64,000 bases of DNA from Diplonema japonicum (lineage: Eukaryota; Protista; Euglenozoa: Diplonemea): positions 124,001 to 188,000 of the forward strand of contig OZ025744.1 in the NCBI GenBank assembly GCA_964019335.1, written 5' to 3'. The notes below the pieces were generated by a model. The model ran no database searches. It was not told the origin of the DNA and saw nothing but the letters and a program-made list of their open reading frames with translations. The first letter of the stretch is position 1; the number at the start of each line of letters is the position of its first letter. Below are positions 31,898 to 43,240 of this stretch, one piece after another. Made by a program: the position numbers and the translations under genes.

Positions 31898-34577
31898 CTG
31901 TTAAACGAATAATGTCGGACGGAAAAATTCCCGGACGGAAAAACTCCCGGACACCAAAAAAACCCGGACATTTTTCCGTCCGGGAGTTTTTCTGGGGAAA
32001 AGTCTTTTTTACGGAAGGGGGGTAGCAGCTCCTGCTTTTTTTCCCCTACCACCATGTTTGCCTGGAAGGGCTTTGCAGACTCGTATGCAGAGCCAAAATG
32101 TTTACCCTTGGTAAACGTTCTTCTTCTTTCAATCGATTGTTATATGTACTTATAAAATATAAAATATAAAATATAGCGCGCATTCGACGACACTGATCAA
32201 GCGACTGGCACCTTCCGAAGAAGGGCCTCCCACGTCCGCCGGGTTGAGCAGAGGATGCCCCGGGGCGGCCGTTCCAGTCTGATCATGTCGCACTATAATA
32301 TATGTTCTCATCTCCAAGGAGAAATGAGGTTTTTTGCCCTCGTAGCTCGCCGGGCCAGCACTCTTACTTGCGTAAGGTCTTCGTGGTTCTTGGGGGGTGG
32401 CGCTGTCCCACATTATGCCACTGCAGCGTGGTGAAGAACAGCCAGTCAGTGGCCACGAAGTAGTGATCCTTCAAGGCTCTCATATCTCCGTGCCGCGTGA
32501 ACTGCTGCCGTCTCTCGACGTCCCCCTTCGCCTTCCAGCCTTCCGAGTCATACCTGGCCATGATCCACGTCTTGTCAAAGTCCAGGATGAGGGCGAACCG
32601 GACAAACTTCATGTAAATCCCGAGTTCCTTCGCGGTTTTAGGCTCTTCGCCGAGCACGTGTTTGCAGACCCGTATCATGGCTTCTGGCGTCCACTCCCCT
32701 TCCGCTTCGACGATCCCGGCCGTCGCCAGTTTCGTGTGGGAGAGCTTATCTTCCAGACCCGCTCGATGTTCTTCAGCCAAAATGTTTACCCTGCGTGGCA
32801 GTTTGAATTTTTTTTCCCTCCCTTTCAATGCACCAACAAACAGCACCCACAGGATCTTAACTTTCTTCAATCTCATAAACCCGTACTTCTTTCGTCAAAT
32901 GACCAGTTCGACTACCCAAGGCACGTTGAGCAACTGGCTTGTGAGGCACCCAACTTTGGTTGCTGACACTTCCGACCAGCTCACCCCCCGAGAGGTGGAG
33001 GAGATAAACTCCTTACACCGGGCCAAGAAGGCCAGAACAAACCCCCGAAAGCAGCCCCAGCTCCCGAAGGATACTAAAGCCCTTATTGGGCGATACGCTG
33101 CTACCCACGGCGTCGCGGCGGCCAGGTCGTGGTATCGCACGAAAGAGGGGGTGGAACTAGCAACGTCCAGTATTTCCGACTGGAAAAAAAACTTTGGAGG
33201 CTCTGTTGGGCCTGTTGCTGCCCCCTTTACCGTGCGCAAACCTCTTCTGGCCGCAGGCCCACCACCGGAAAACCTGGAAACGAGAAGGACAAAGAGAGGG
33301 CACGCTGTTTCGCCATGCAATTCAGGTCAAATAATCGACACCCATAAAGTAAGGCCTGAATTGGTCTGGAATATGGACCAAACCTCCCTGCAGCTGTTGC
33401 CGTTGGGGTTAAAAACCAAAACGAAAAGGGGTGCAAAGGTCGTAAAAGTCCGTGGCTTGGGGGACAAACGGGCCATAACTGGACAGCTGGCTGTCTCCCT
33501 GGCTGGGGATAAGTTGCATCCGCAACTTATATACAAAGGCAGAACGGAACCTGCAGCCGACAGGGTTTATCCAGGGTCCGTGCCCCGGGTCAAGCACCCG
33601 CCCACCGAATGGAGCCTAACGGCATCGCCCAGTCATTGGGCTAATTATGATACACTCAGTATCTGGGTCAAAAAGCTGTTTCTTCCTTTTTGCAGTAAAA
33701 CCATCGATTCTCATGGTTTTGCCCCGAACGAGTCGATTCTGCTGCTTGTCGATGACTACAACTGTCATTCGACCGATGAGTTTTTGGAGTTGTTCGAAGG
33801 CACAAACGTGCACATTGCTTTTGTCCCCCCCTGGGCTCACCTACATGATTCAACCGATGGATATTGGGTTGAACGCAGCTGTAAAAGCATCTATTAAGAA
33901 CAGTTATAAAAAGTGGGCTACACGAAGGCTCGACAAGCTGATTGCCTCAGGGGCGGCGGCTGAATCATGGGAGGTGCCCTCTACTAGCTCGATTAAAGGG
34001 CCTCACTTGAGGTATGCCACGAGGCTTTTTCTTTTCCTGTTTTTTTCCTAGGTGGGTCGAAACAGCCTGGGATGCTGTCTCCGGCCAGTCGATCAGGAAC
34101 AGCTGGGCTTCCTGTTTTGGCCACTACCTGGAACCCGGATGGAGCCCAATTTGGGAGTTTTCGGTACTTGCTGCATACGCCGGTGTTGCGTGTGTGCTGG
34201 CTGTTGGAAAAACATGGGAGGAAGAGTGGGAAGAGGACTGGGGCTGGGAGGAGGTCTGGGAAGAGGAGGAAGACGAGTACTCCCTATATGCCAGGCTTGC
34301 CCAGGACATGGAGCATGGACGTGTGGAAGTCATCGACGTAGATGCATCTTCCGACACGACCACCGTGTCCGCCGCCTCGACGATAACCGAAGAAACCTTT
34401 TCCGTTTCTTCAGACTCGTCAGTGGAGATACTCCCCAGTCTCACCCAGCAACGGCTGGATGACGCTGCCGCCAGGAGGGCCGCCAAGAAGGCAACAGCTA
34501 AGCCTGCAAGGCATGTTAGATTTCACTCACAGGTTTTGGCATGTTGAAAATTTTCGCCGTTAGTCCGGGTTCCGTCC
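31898..34577 (+). mobile_element. pogo-superfamily (DDE_1, DD35D) DNA transposon, defective
   Basis: Left end TA|CTGTTAAACGAATAATGTCGGAC with CCGGAC/GGAAAAA subterminal repeats. Transposase from ATG 32899: WNMDQT, KRAITGQLAVSLAGDKLHPQLIYKG, LLLVDDYNCH..(35 aa)..QPMDIG. Frameshift in the C-run ~33825-33831, intron 34012-34051, HTH region apparently deleted, right TIR incomplete. Confidence 0.85.
32364..32876 (-). CDS. Hypothetical 170-aa ORF inside the pogo element, divergent from the transposase
   Basis: ORF of ordinary complexity with no motif I recognise. Its ATG is 22 bp from the transposase ATG. The stop overlaps a GTAAGA donor-like site. Confidence 0.35.
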   Translation of the reverse strand: MRLKKVKILWVLFVGALKGREKKFKLPRRVNILAEEHRAGLEDKLSHTKLATAGIVEAEGEWTPEAMIRVCKHVLGEEPKTAKELGIYMKFVRFALILDFDKTWIMARYDSEGWKAKGDVERRQQFTRHGDMRALKDHYFVATDWLFFTTLQWHNVGQRHPPRTTKTLRK

Positions 34578-35322
34578 TCCAGATGTGGGGAGCCTTGGCC
34601 ACCACTCAAGCCAGCTGCCCCATACCCCTTCCAGCAGCTGCATCGTCGATGTCCTCGATGCCATGCTGGATCTGGCTTTGGATTTTGGCATGTTAAAATA
34701 CAACACGATTTCAAGACCTTTCGAAAGATGGATTACTGATACGGATGTCCCATCCTCTGACCAGCAGCCAACCACACTTCGCGTACTTACTGATGTACAA
34801 CTTGTTGAAATCACAAATACTGCACCTTCACACTCTTTTTGGAAATGCCTCAAGTTCCCCACCTTTTTTCCTGCAAAGCCACACACTTCTTGTAACACCC
34901 TTGTTTACTAGCGCCCTTGATTCCGTATGAAGAAAGGATCTTTGTATTATTATCATTTGGTCGATGTATCATGAGTTTTAATTATAAACTTTCTTCTGGC
35001 ATTATTGCTTCCTTAACACAGTTATTGATAGGTTGTACTCATTAAAGACTAGTTTTCATTTGTAAGTGGTGTAGTGTGTCCCTCTCAATGTTGCTGTTTT
35101 TTTTTTTTTTTTTTTTTCTTTTGTTTCAAACAATAGATAAAATCCCAATAACATCGGATCAGCTACCTTAGAGGAGATGAACTGTTCTGGCAAGCTAGTT
35201 TAGATCACATTAGTGCTTCAAGGATTGTCTGGCGTTGCTCAAGTAAGATGTGCATAAAAGGCTCTTCTGTGAGGGCATGTGTCGACTCCACATGTACTAC
35301 GTGACATGGACTGCTTTTAATA
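34572..35322. repeat. Degenerate dispersed repeat, copy 2 (homologous to 26815-27215; a 35-bp piece also at ~36460-36496)
   Basis: Collinear shared blocks with copy 1. CACTTCTTGTAACA.CCTTG.TTACTAG.GCCCTT occurs at ~34884 and ~36460. Confidence 0.7.
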
Positions 35323-36676
35323 TACTAAAATAGGTCCAAAGATGGGCCGACTTCCTCCCTTCATGTACCCTTCTAATTGAGGGACTGTTGGGGCTTCACT
35401 CGCTATAGTTTCCTTCCTAATCGATTTCTCTTTTTTTTCTTTATTCACCCTTTGTCATATTAAAGAATTCTTCTTGTGACAAATTCCTCAGCTTCGATGG
35501 TTTTTTTTTGTTGCCGAAGGAGTCATCTGTGAGGTCAGCGTTGGATTCAGTGTTGGGTAGTGTTGGGTTTGTCGTTTGCCTCCTCGTTGTCCTTTTTTTC
35601 CTCTTCGCCATCCAGCACCTACACCTCTTTGGTCCCTTCGGGGGCGTCATCCGCCTGCGGCTTCAGAGTCCTCCCACCGCCCTGTCTCTTCGCGGCTTGT
35701 TCCCTACAGAACTCGCTCACGGTCATCTTCCTCGTAGCAGTTGTCGCACTCTGGTCCACCTTGTTCGAGTCCCTCTGAGCCTCCGTATCCCCCTTGGGAC
35801 ATTGGTCCAAGGTCCGGTTCACCGCAGTGTCAGTCGCCCCCTGTTTCTTTACCTTGAGAATGTTTTTTTTTTTCTTTTTTTTTTTTTCTCCAAAAGAAAC
35901 AAGGAGGTTGAAAATCTTCGGAATAAACAAAACGCATATGAAAAGCAAGCCCACGAAAGGAAGCAATCAAACCCATCTCAAAGTCCAGTTGTTTGTAAAA
36001 AAAAGGGGGGGGGAGGTTTCTTCTTGTTTGTTTTCTCTTCTTCTTTTCCTTCCACCCTCAAAAAAAGCCCCCGGCCCTTTGGGACCAGAGTGTACACCTC
36101 CGTAGAGGGTCCAGAAAAAAGGGGGGCAGAGAATCGGGATTGTTTTGTTTGTTGTTCAAGCATCAGCAGCCTTGGGTAACCACCCATGAGCCACCATTGC
36201 TGCCATTGTCTCCTCTGTCTTTCCCTGAAGTAAGTGACGCACATATGCCATGTGGTGCAGACGATAGGTCATATCATGTTTTCTAATGATTTGCAGAGAT
36301 TTCTTCTATACTGTTGATGGTTTCCAACTCCTCTACACTGAGGTCAGCTAGTCCTTCGGGTCCAGCTTCAGCTATCCTTTTGCACACATCCTTTTCTTCC
36401 TTCTCGTGGATTGCAGCCGAATTCCACAGTACAACACTTTCCTTAACTTTCTCGCCTGTCACTTCTTGTAACATCCTTGGTTACTAGTGCCCTTAATTTC
36501 GTATAAGGTAATTGTGATCACCCCGTCGTCAGCGGATGGTGCAATTATTGGGGGTACTTCTTCCCCGGTCCTTGAGCCCAGAAGGACCGTGCTTTGTGGA
36601 CAAACCCTGCGTCTAGTATCTCAGTGTGTAAGCCCAGCTGACGAATGCTTGCATGTTAAAATAAAGTTTCCATTAT

Positions 36677-37060
36677 GATGCAGGCCTTCGTCACCCAGTG
36701 TGCCACCCCATTCAGGATCCTTGTGTCGTCTGCCTCTAGCATGTAAGAGGCAGGGTTTGCGGCATTCGTGGCGGCGGTCTCGATGAAGTACTGCACCTTC
36801 CCCCCTGGCCACAGGGACGCCGTCGTAGCAAAGCTTGACCCCTGAACCTGTCCCTTCCTGTCAAAGGCACCTGCACGTCTCCCTCGAGAGTGTAAGGGTA
36901 CGTCTGGCTCAAAGGAATCTGCCCCTCTGACGCAGCAGCCACAGACAGGCTGCCTATCATCAGTAGTAGTTCCATATTTTCTTTTTTTTTTTTTTTTTTT
37001 TTGTTAACCTTTGGTGTTAATGAAGCGGGGAAGGGAGAATTGATATGTGCTACAATTTCT
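36677..37060 (-). pseudogene. Truncated duplicate of the astacin gene 5' end and upstream region
   Basis: Near-identical to ~25968-26345 (MELLLMIGSLSVAAASEGQIPLSQTYPY...). A 4-bp deletion (CTGTCTGTC to CTGTC) shifts the frame. It ends before the HExxH motif. Confidence 0.92.
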
Positions 37061-37296
37061 AAATAAGAATGTCAAAATTTGCCGATTTCTTTTTCTTTTT
37101 TTTTTTTTTTTTTGATGGAACAACCGCATCAAGAGCTACCAAGGCACAATTTTTTTTGGCCTATTTAAAAATTCCCCTAATAGAACAAAAGAAAAAAAAG
37201 GGGGGGGGTAAATTGAAATCTAAGTCGGGAGCAGCATTCTTTTCTTTCTTTCTTTCGTTTTTTTTTTTTTTTCCTGTGCACACCGGTCCCCTCTCC

Positions 37297-38511
37297 TCAA
37301 CCTTCATCTTCAGTGCAGTTCTTGTTCTTCCAGTAGCACAGCATTCCGCGGTCTCGTTTTCTCTGTTCCGCCCGCTCGCCTTTTTTCCAGGACTGCTTCT
37401 TGAGGTACATGGTTTTGTACGACTGGAGGTGTTTGGTCGCGTTGCGGGTGAAAAGAAGAGACCAGAGATACCCCCACGGAGATGACACTTGAGAAGCGAG
37501 GCCGAGCCACGAGGCCTGCGCAGGGAACACAGAAGGAGTCCCATTGCACGAGTCGATCCAAAGCACCTGCTTGAGGTACAGCTCCTTGGGTGACACGGCA
37601 ACGGCGTGGACGGCCACAGGCGTAACGTTGGCTCTGAACTGCAGTTTTGTCTTGAAATAATCATGCCCGTGCGCAAAAAGACACCTGTCTAGCTGGCCAA
37701 CCTTGTCCCATGATGTGTTGTCCATTTTCACAGCAGCATTGACTCCGTACTGTTCATGTAGATATGTAGCCTGGAATGCCCCCGTGCGGAACATCGCTCG
37801 GATGCTCCGTTTCACTGTCACGTCGTCACCCTTCACAAGCAAATCGACAACTTTGTCCTCGGGCCTCGCGATGTATAAACCCATGCACTGCAGGCCGAAC
37901 CTTCCCAGAATGTCTGAGCTCGGCGCGTCTTCTTTGCAAACCTCGGTTCTGTTCGGAAGAAACGGAGCTTCAGCTTGAAACGCGATATACTTCCCGCCAG
38001 ACAGCGACGACAGTGCATAGGGAACGGGATCCTGAAGGTATGTTATATCAGCTTCCGAGCATAGTACAGTGAATCCCCATTGGAGGATGAAGGTTATGCC
38101 ACGGAGTTTCATTAAGGTGAGCGCGACACGGCGGGAGTCGCGTTGAGAGGCCTTTCCGGGTGGTCCGAGACCACCTGGGCATGGGATGGAAGGGTAGTTT
38201 GTTGTTGTCAGGTGGTCCAAGGTTTTCCAGTCCAAAGACATGATGATTGAGTCGCGGCCAGATTTTTTTAGGGTGCATAAGGCGTTGACCGCCATGTCCA
38301 CGTGTCCCCAGTTGCTTACTACTACCGTTGCCATGCCGTCTGGGAACCTGTCCCACATGGCTTCGCATATTTCCCTCCGTTTTTCCCTCGGCAACGTGTG
38401 GACAGTCGCCAGCCCGCTTTGCTGGCCTGAAAACGATACCCTTTCAGTGATCGCACACTGCGTCTTTAATGCCACTACGGCCGTGGCTACCGATGCCATC
38501 AGTGCTATCAT
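37297..38511 (-). CDS. Nucleotide-diphospho-sugar transferase (GT77-like)
   Basis: N-terminal hydrophobic anchor; MKLRGITFILQWGFTVLCSEADITYLQDP matches the K...LL.LG..VL.DxD....DP core (E-A-D in place of DxD); VAVHA. The 3' end may be spliced. Confidence 0.7.
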   Translation of the reverse strand: MIALMASVATAVVALKTQCAITERVSFSGQQSGLATVHTLPREKRREICEAMWDRFPDGMATVVVSNWGHVDMAVNALCTLKKSGRDSIIMSLDWKTLDHLTTTNYPSIPCPGGLGPPGKASQRDSRRVALTLMKLRGITFILQWGFTVLCSEADITYLQDPVPYALSSLSGGKYIAFQAEAPFLPNRTEVCKEDAPSSDILGRFGLQCMGLYIARPEDKVVDLLVKGDDVTVKRSIRAMFRTGAFQATYLHEQYGVNAAVKMDNTSWDKVGQLDRCLFAHGHDYFKTKLQFRANVTPVAVHAVAVSPKELYLKQVLWIDSCNGTPSVFPAQASWLGLASQVSSPWGYLWSLLFTRNATKHLQSYKTMYLKKQSWKKGERAEQRKRDRGMLCYWKNKNCTEDEG

Positions 38512-39973
38512 TTTTTTTTTTTTTTTTTTTTTTTTGTGTAGAAGTTGTTCACCTTTTTTTTTTTTTTTGAGGGAATAATTTTTTACATCGGGGCATGATA
38601 GAGCGGGGGGAAGATACGTAAGACTCCACGGGGGGCCTTGTTTTTTTTTTTAAAGGGAGGGAAACGAATATATAGTGGGGGGAGGGGGGTGTAACAAATT
38701 AGGGTCCAATAAAAGACGAGGGAGGAGAGGGGGAAAAAAAAGGGGGGGGGGCAGAAGAGAGGTGACAAAAAAAAGGAGTGTATTTTTTGTTTCTTTCTTT
38801 TTCTCTCTCTTTTATTCTTTTTCCAAAAGAATGTAATATATTGAGCAAGCACATTTTGTTTCTTTCCGTTGTCGCACTTCCTTTTTTTTTTTTTTATTTA
38901 TTTGGCTCGAGCGAAAACAAAATAAAGGAAGGGAAACCATAAAAGACAGAGCGCGGTGTGTCACCATCTTTCCATTCTCATTTCATTTCGCCTCTTTTCT
39001 CTATGTTAAAAAAAAAAGTTTGGTTTCTTCCCTCACATGGCAGCCTTTTTTTTTTTTCTTTTTCTTTTTTTACTCCATTTCCTCTTTGGTGGTGGTACAA
39101 TTCACAAAATGTAAGAAACGAGCGAAAATAACTCTTTTCTTTTGAACGGGCGGGAATGGTGAAGCAACTTCAGAAAGAGGCCTTTTGGAAGGAAAAAAAA
39201 TTTGGAGGCAGAAATCACTGCTGCCAGCTTTTGAAAAGAAGAGACCAAATCAGGCCCTTTGGGGGGGAAAAAAAAAAGGGAGAAAATAAAGGAGGGAAGA
39301 GGGGGAAGTTATAAGAGAGAAAAAAGGGCGGCTTTTTTTTTTTTTTTCCAGGGTGGAGGGAAATTATTTTCCCCAACACCATTTTTTTTTTCTTTTGCCC
39401 TCTCCCCTTCCTTCCCTTGTCGTGAAAAAAAAAGAAAAAAATTAAGACGGGGGGGGGGGGGTTAGATTTTATTTTAGAAAGGAAAAAAAAGTGTTTCCTG
39501 GAATATCTCCTCGTTGTGCTGCATCGCATAAGCACGGAGAAATGGGAAACTGAAAAAAAATAAAATAAAATAATATGGAAAAAAAAAAAGAAAGGCAATC
39601 CCACTTCAAGAAAGCCGTTAGAAGAAGGGGGGAAAAAAAGAAGAAAAGAGGGGGGAAAAAAAACATAAGGACAAAAGATTTTAAACAGAAGAAAGTAAAA
39701 AAGAAAAAAAGCATATGAGGAGGGAGGCCATTGCAGGACACACACACACTCCCTCTTTTTTTTTTTTTTTTTTTTTTTTTTGCCCCACTGTCAATGCAAA
39801 AAAAAAAAATATTTACTCTCTCCTGTTCACACGCACTATCCCCGCAGGAATGCAAAAAAAAAAAAAAAAAAAAAAAAATCAAAAAAAAAAAAAATCGTGT
39901 TAAAAAAAAAGATTTTCTATGAAACAATAAAAAAAAAAAAAGCTATTCACAAATAAATAAAGTTTCGGTCGAG

Positions 39974-40009
<36 letters not shown>

Positions 40010-40011
<2 letters not shown>

Positions 40012-41059
40012 AGTTTTGTTGCACCACCGCAGTGACATCTTTGATACCAAGTGTCCCATCATCCATGGGGAACGACCAAGCCTTCGTGAAGTCGAGCCTC
40101 GAGAAGTCGAGATACCTCCACTGCATGTTACTGTAAGTCCGCAAGTACAACTTCCTCTCCGCAGGGACTTTAACAACGGCCCATTGCGTCGCTTCAGCCG
40201 GCGTCGCATCCGATTTAGGGGTTTTGTTCACGGTACCCTTCACGATGTGGACGGTGTTGAGCAAGGATTGAATAAGAACGAAGGTGTCGTTTTGCGTGCG
40301 AAGAGGCCGCTGCTGGATAGAAAAATCACGAAGATACACCATGCGAATAAACCTAGCAGGCGGCGACAAATCACCAGGAAGCCCAAGCAAATTCGTTCCA
40401 AACGACAATGATGGAACAACTGACGTAGCAGGCAGCGTAGGAGACAACGCAACATAGTTTTTCACGTTTCTAACATGCCACGAGTACTCCGGGTCATTCG
40501 TTAAAACCCCGAATTCGTCATTGTGCCATACTGGTGCACCATTGACATATTCCAGGATAAGCCCGTTTCCTGAAGCGTCTGATAACGTCCAGTGGCAGAA
40601 AAGCTCCGGGTTTACGTTGCGGGTGTCGACGATGTTGATTTTTTTCACACGCTCGCGGGCCTCTTCAACTGTTTTACAGGTTCCTAGAAGGTATGGAACA
40701 AGGAATTGAAAACCCATGTTTGGGACTGTTTTTGAAGTGTTTGCCCATACTGTATCGCGTTGGGTCAAAGCTGATATTGTGAAGCCTGCCTCGTTCATTC
40801 CCTCTACTAGTGCCATCCCATTGACAAGCATCAGAGGGGCACCTATGCTCACGAACCCGTAGGTGTTGTTCCATTTCACGTCGCCTTCCTTCCAACGTTG
40901 GAGCCGTGGGTGCATGGCGTAGGACCACATTATTACGTCTGCTTCTGCGAGCTCCATTGTCCTACCTATCCCAAACGGGAGCGCTCCTCTCCTGCCGCTT
41001 GGTGTTACCTTCACCGAAGTGCAGGCCATTGCCAATGCTGCTATCGTGGCAAGCATCAT
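40010..41059 (-). CDS. Secreted choloylglycine hydrolase / penicillin V acylase family (Ntn hydrolase, C59)
   Basis: Signal peptide MMLATIAALAMA followed directly by the nucleophile Cys (CTS); GRTME, EGMNEAG, GVLTNDP, GLPGDLSPPARF. Confidence 0.9.
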
Positions 41060-41245
41060 TTTTTTTTTTTTTTCTTTTATATACCTTGGAGAAAAATGTG
41101 GGAAATATATTTATAAAAGGTGATATAAAAAGGAGAGAGTGATGCGACAGAAGAAACGATTGGGTGAAGGGAAGCTTTAAAAAAAAAAAATGAGGAAAAC
41201 GGGTTTTTTTTTTTAAAATAAAAAAAGGAGGGGATGGGATGGGAT

Positions 41246-41714
41246 GGGGGGGGGTCATATGGTCCTTAAAAAGGGCCACTTTTTTCAGGCTCTTCGTAAG
41301 GGGGTCGTTATTTGCCCTTTTTCAGGCTCTTCGCCAAGGGCATTTTGGGCCCTTAAAAAAACTGTAACCACCCCAAAAGTGCCCACAAATCACCCAAACC
41401 CCCGTTTCCCTGTAACCACCCCAAAAGTGCCCAGAATCATGTTCTAATTTTGGGGCCCCCGTTTGGTACTTTCCCTATGTAATCCTAGGGGCCCCTATTT
41501 TATGTTCCCTAGGATTACATAGGGAAAGTACCAAACGGGGGCCCCATAATTAGAACATGATTCTAGGCACTTCTGGGGCCGGAAAACATCGGGAAACGGG
41601 GGTTTGGGTGATTTGTGGGCACTTTTGGGGTGGTTACAGTTTTTTTAAGGGCCCAAAATGCCCTTGGCGAAGAGCCTGAAAAAGGGCAAATAACGACCCC
41701 CTTATGACCCCCCC
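41246..41714. mobile_element. ~470-bp foldback/MITE (long inverted arms, short loop)
   Basis: Ends G9-TCATA ... TATGA-C7. ~41297-41410 is the reverse complement of ~41591-41703, and the inner arms ~41433-41489 / ~41508-41564 flank a ~18-nt loop. Confidence 0.9.
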
Positions 41715-42703
41715 TAGGGCTATGCTGGCATGGAAACGCGTTTCCATGCATTTTTTTGAAAAAAAGGGAAACGGAAACGGCAACGTTTCCCTATTTTGGG
41801 GCCGTTTCCTTGGGGCAGAAACGTTTCCTTATTTTGGGGGTTTTAGAGACTTATTTTTTTGGGGGCAAATCACTCGGAAGAAATATACGAGACAAAGGGG
41901 GCAAGTGTTGGTGGCGCCCTGGGGAAATCTTCTGGGTTTCGATGAAGGATGCGATTGTGGCATCCATTTTTTGAACAGCGTCGTCAACCAGCCTTCCGCT
42001 CAGAGCTTTCCTGTCCGGTAGCTCGTACGTGGCCCCGAGCGGAAGGCGCTTCACCTTCTCAAACAGTGCCTTGAATGTTCTGTGAACAGAAAATATGAGA
42101 GGACACGAAACAGATAAACATCATACCGATGTTCGACCCTCAAAAATGGGGTCCCAGTTTCGAGAAAGAAATCCCGAACGCAGTTAAAAATGGCGTCATT
42201 GGCCTGTTCTCCACTTTACGCTTCTTCGTTCCCTCTGCCTCAGCCTTCGCCTCCGCTGTCGCTTTCTCCAACAGCCTCTTGTGGGGCTCCACACTATCCC
42301 CTTTGGGGACACACGTCGCTACTCCTTGGCCTTTTGTTTGGAACGCGGAGTCTGCTGGTTGACGCTACTGTGAAGACCATATCACATATCACAGAAGCGA
42401 CATTTTACTGTCTTCTTCCCATCCTCCGCCTGAACCTCCACCCCATCCCACAAAGCGCCTCAGGGGGTGCTTTCTCTGGACCATGTTTACTTTCGTTTTT
42501 GTAGAGACCGACGTGCGCTTTCCTTGTAAAACCCCAAAAGTAAGTATCTTCAAAAACCCCAAATATATAAGGACCTTCTAAACAGTGTTTACCGAAATAT
42601 ACATAGCCGTTTCCATAACCATGGAAACGCGTTTCCATGAGAATTTTGAAAACATGGAAACGGAAACGGAAACGTTTCCACGTTTCCTGCCAGCATAGCC
42701 CTA
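41715..42703 (-). mobile_element. Internally deleted hAT transposon
   Basis: TIRs TAGGGCTATGCTGGCA / TGCCAGCATAGCCCTA; many GGAAAC/GTTTCC subterminal repeats. Minus-strand remnants include a BED-finger-like VKCRFCDM..STSRLR..GVATC and YELPDRKALSGRLVD. Confidence 0.82.
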
Positions 42704-43201
42704 GGGGGGGGGGGGGGGGGCGTTTTTTGTTGTTTTCTCTTCATTTTTTTTTTGTTATTGAGAGAATTTTTTTTTCTTTCTTTCAAAAAGAAAATCAAAG
42801 GAAAAAAGCAGGGAGAACGGGGGGATAGAAGGATTAAAAGAAAATGGAAATAATAATAATAATAATAAAAAAAAAAAAGAGAAAATACGGAGTGATCAAA
42901 AGAAAAAGGGGGGAGGGAACGAAGAATATTGAACATAAATTTTCTCTAAAAGACTTAACATAAAGGGGGGAAGGGGGGGAGTTGGTTTTTTTAGCATTTG
43001 CTTGTGCGCGACAGACCCTGGGATAAGTACTGCAAGTTACTCTTTTCTGCTCTTACAAGAAACTTGTTAAATGCAAAGTTTTTTTTTTCCCCCGAAAAAT
43101 CTTCATGACTATATGTCTTTGTTCTTCTAGGGGACTTCTTCCCCTCTCCACCCTGGCTGTCTTCCAGAGACATTTTACTTTTTGCTTTTGTTGTTCGCAC
43201 G

Positions 43202-43240
<39 letters not shown>

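Noticed and set aside
35441-36670. Possible spliced gene or decayed coding fragments
   Set aside because: I could not build a consistent frame or recognise motifs. Probably a decayed pseudogene or TE.
26500-37060. Fanzor/TnpB or other RNA-guided nuclease associated with the transposons and array
   Set aside because: No RuvC (D..E..D plus Zn ribbon) or HNH motif set seen. The Cys cluster at ~28.5 kb is the normal piggyBac C-terminal domain.
42991-43206. Small minus-strand ORF (MSLEDSQGG..., ~60 aa)
   Set aside because: Short, with no motif or other support, although the strand fits the cluster.
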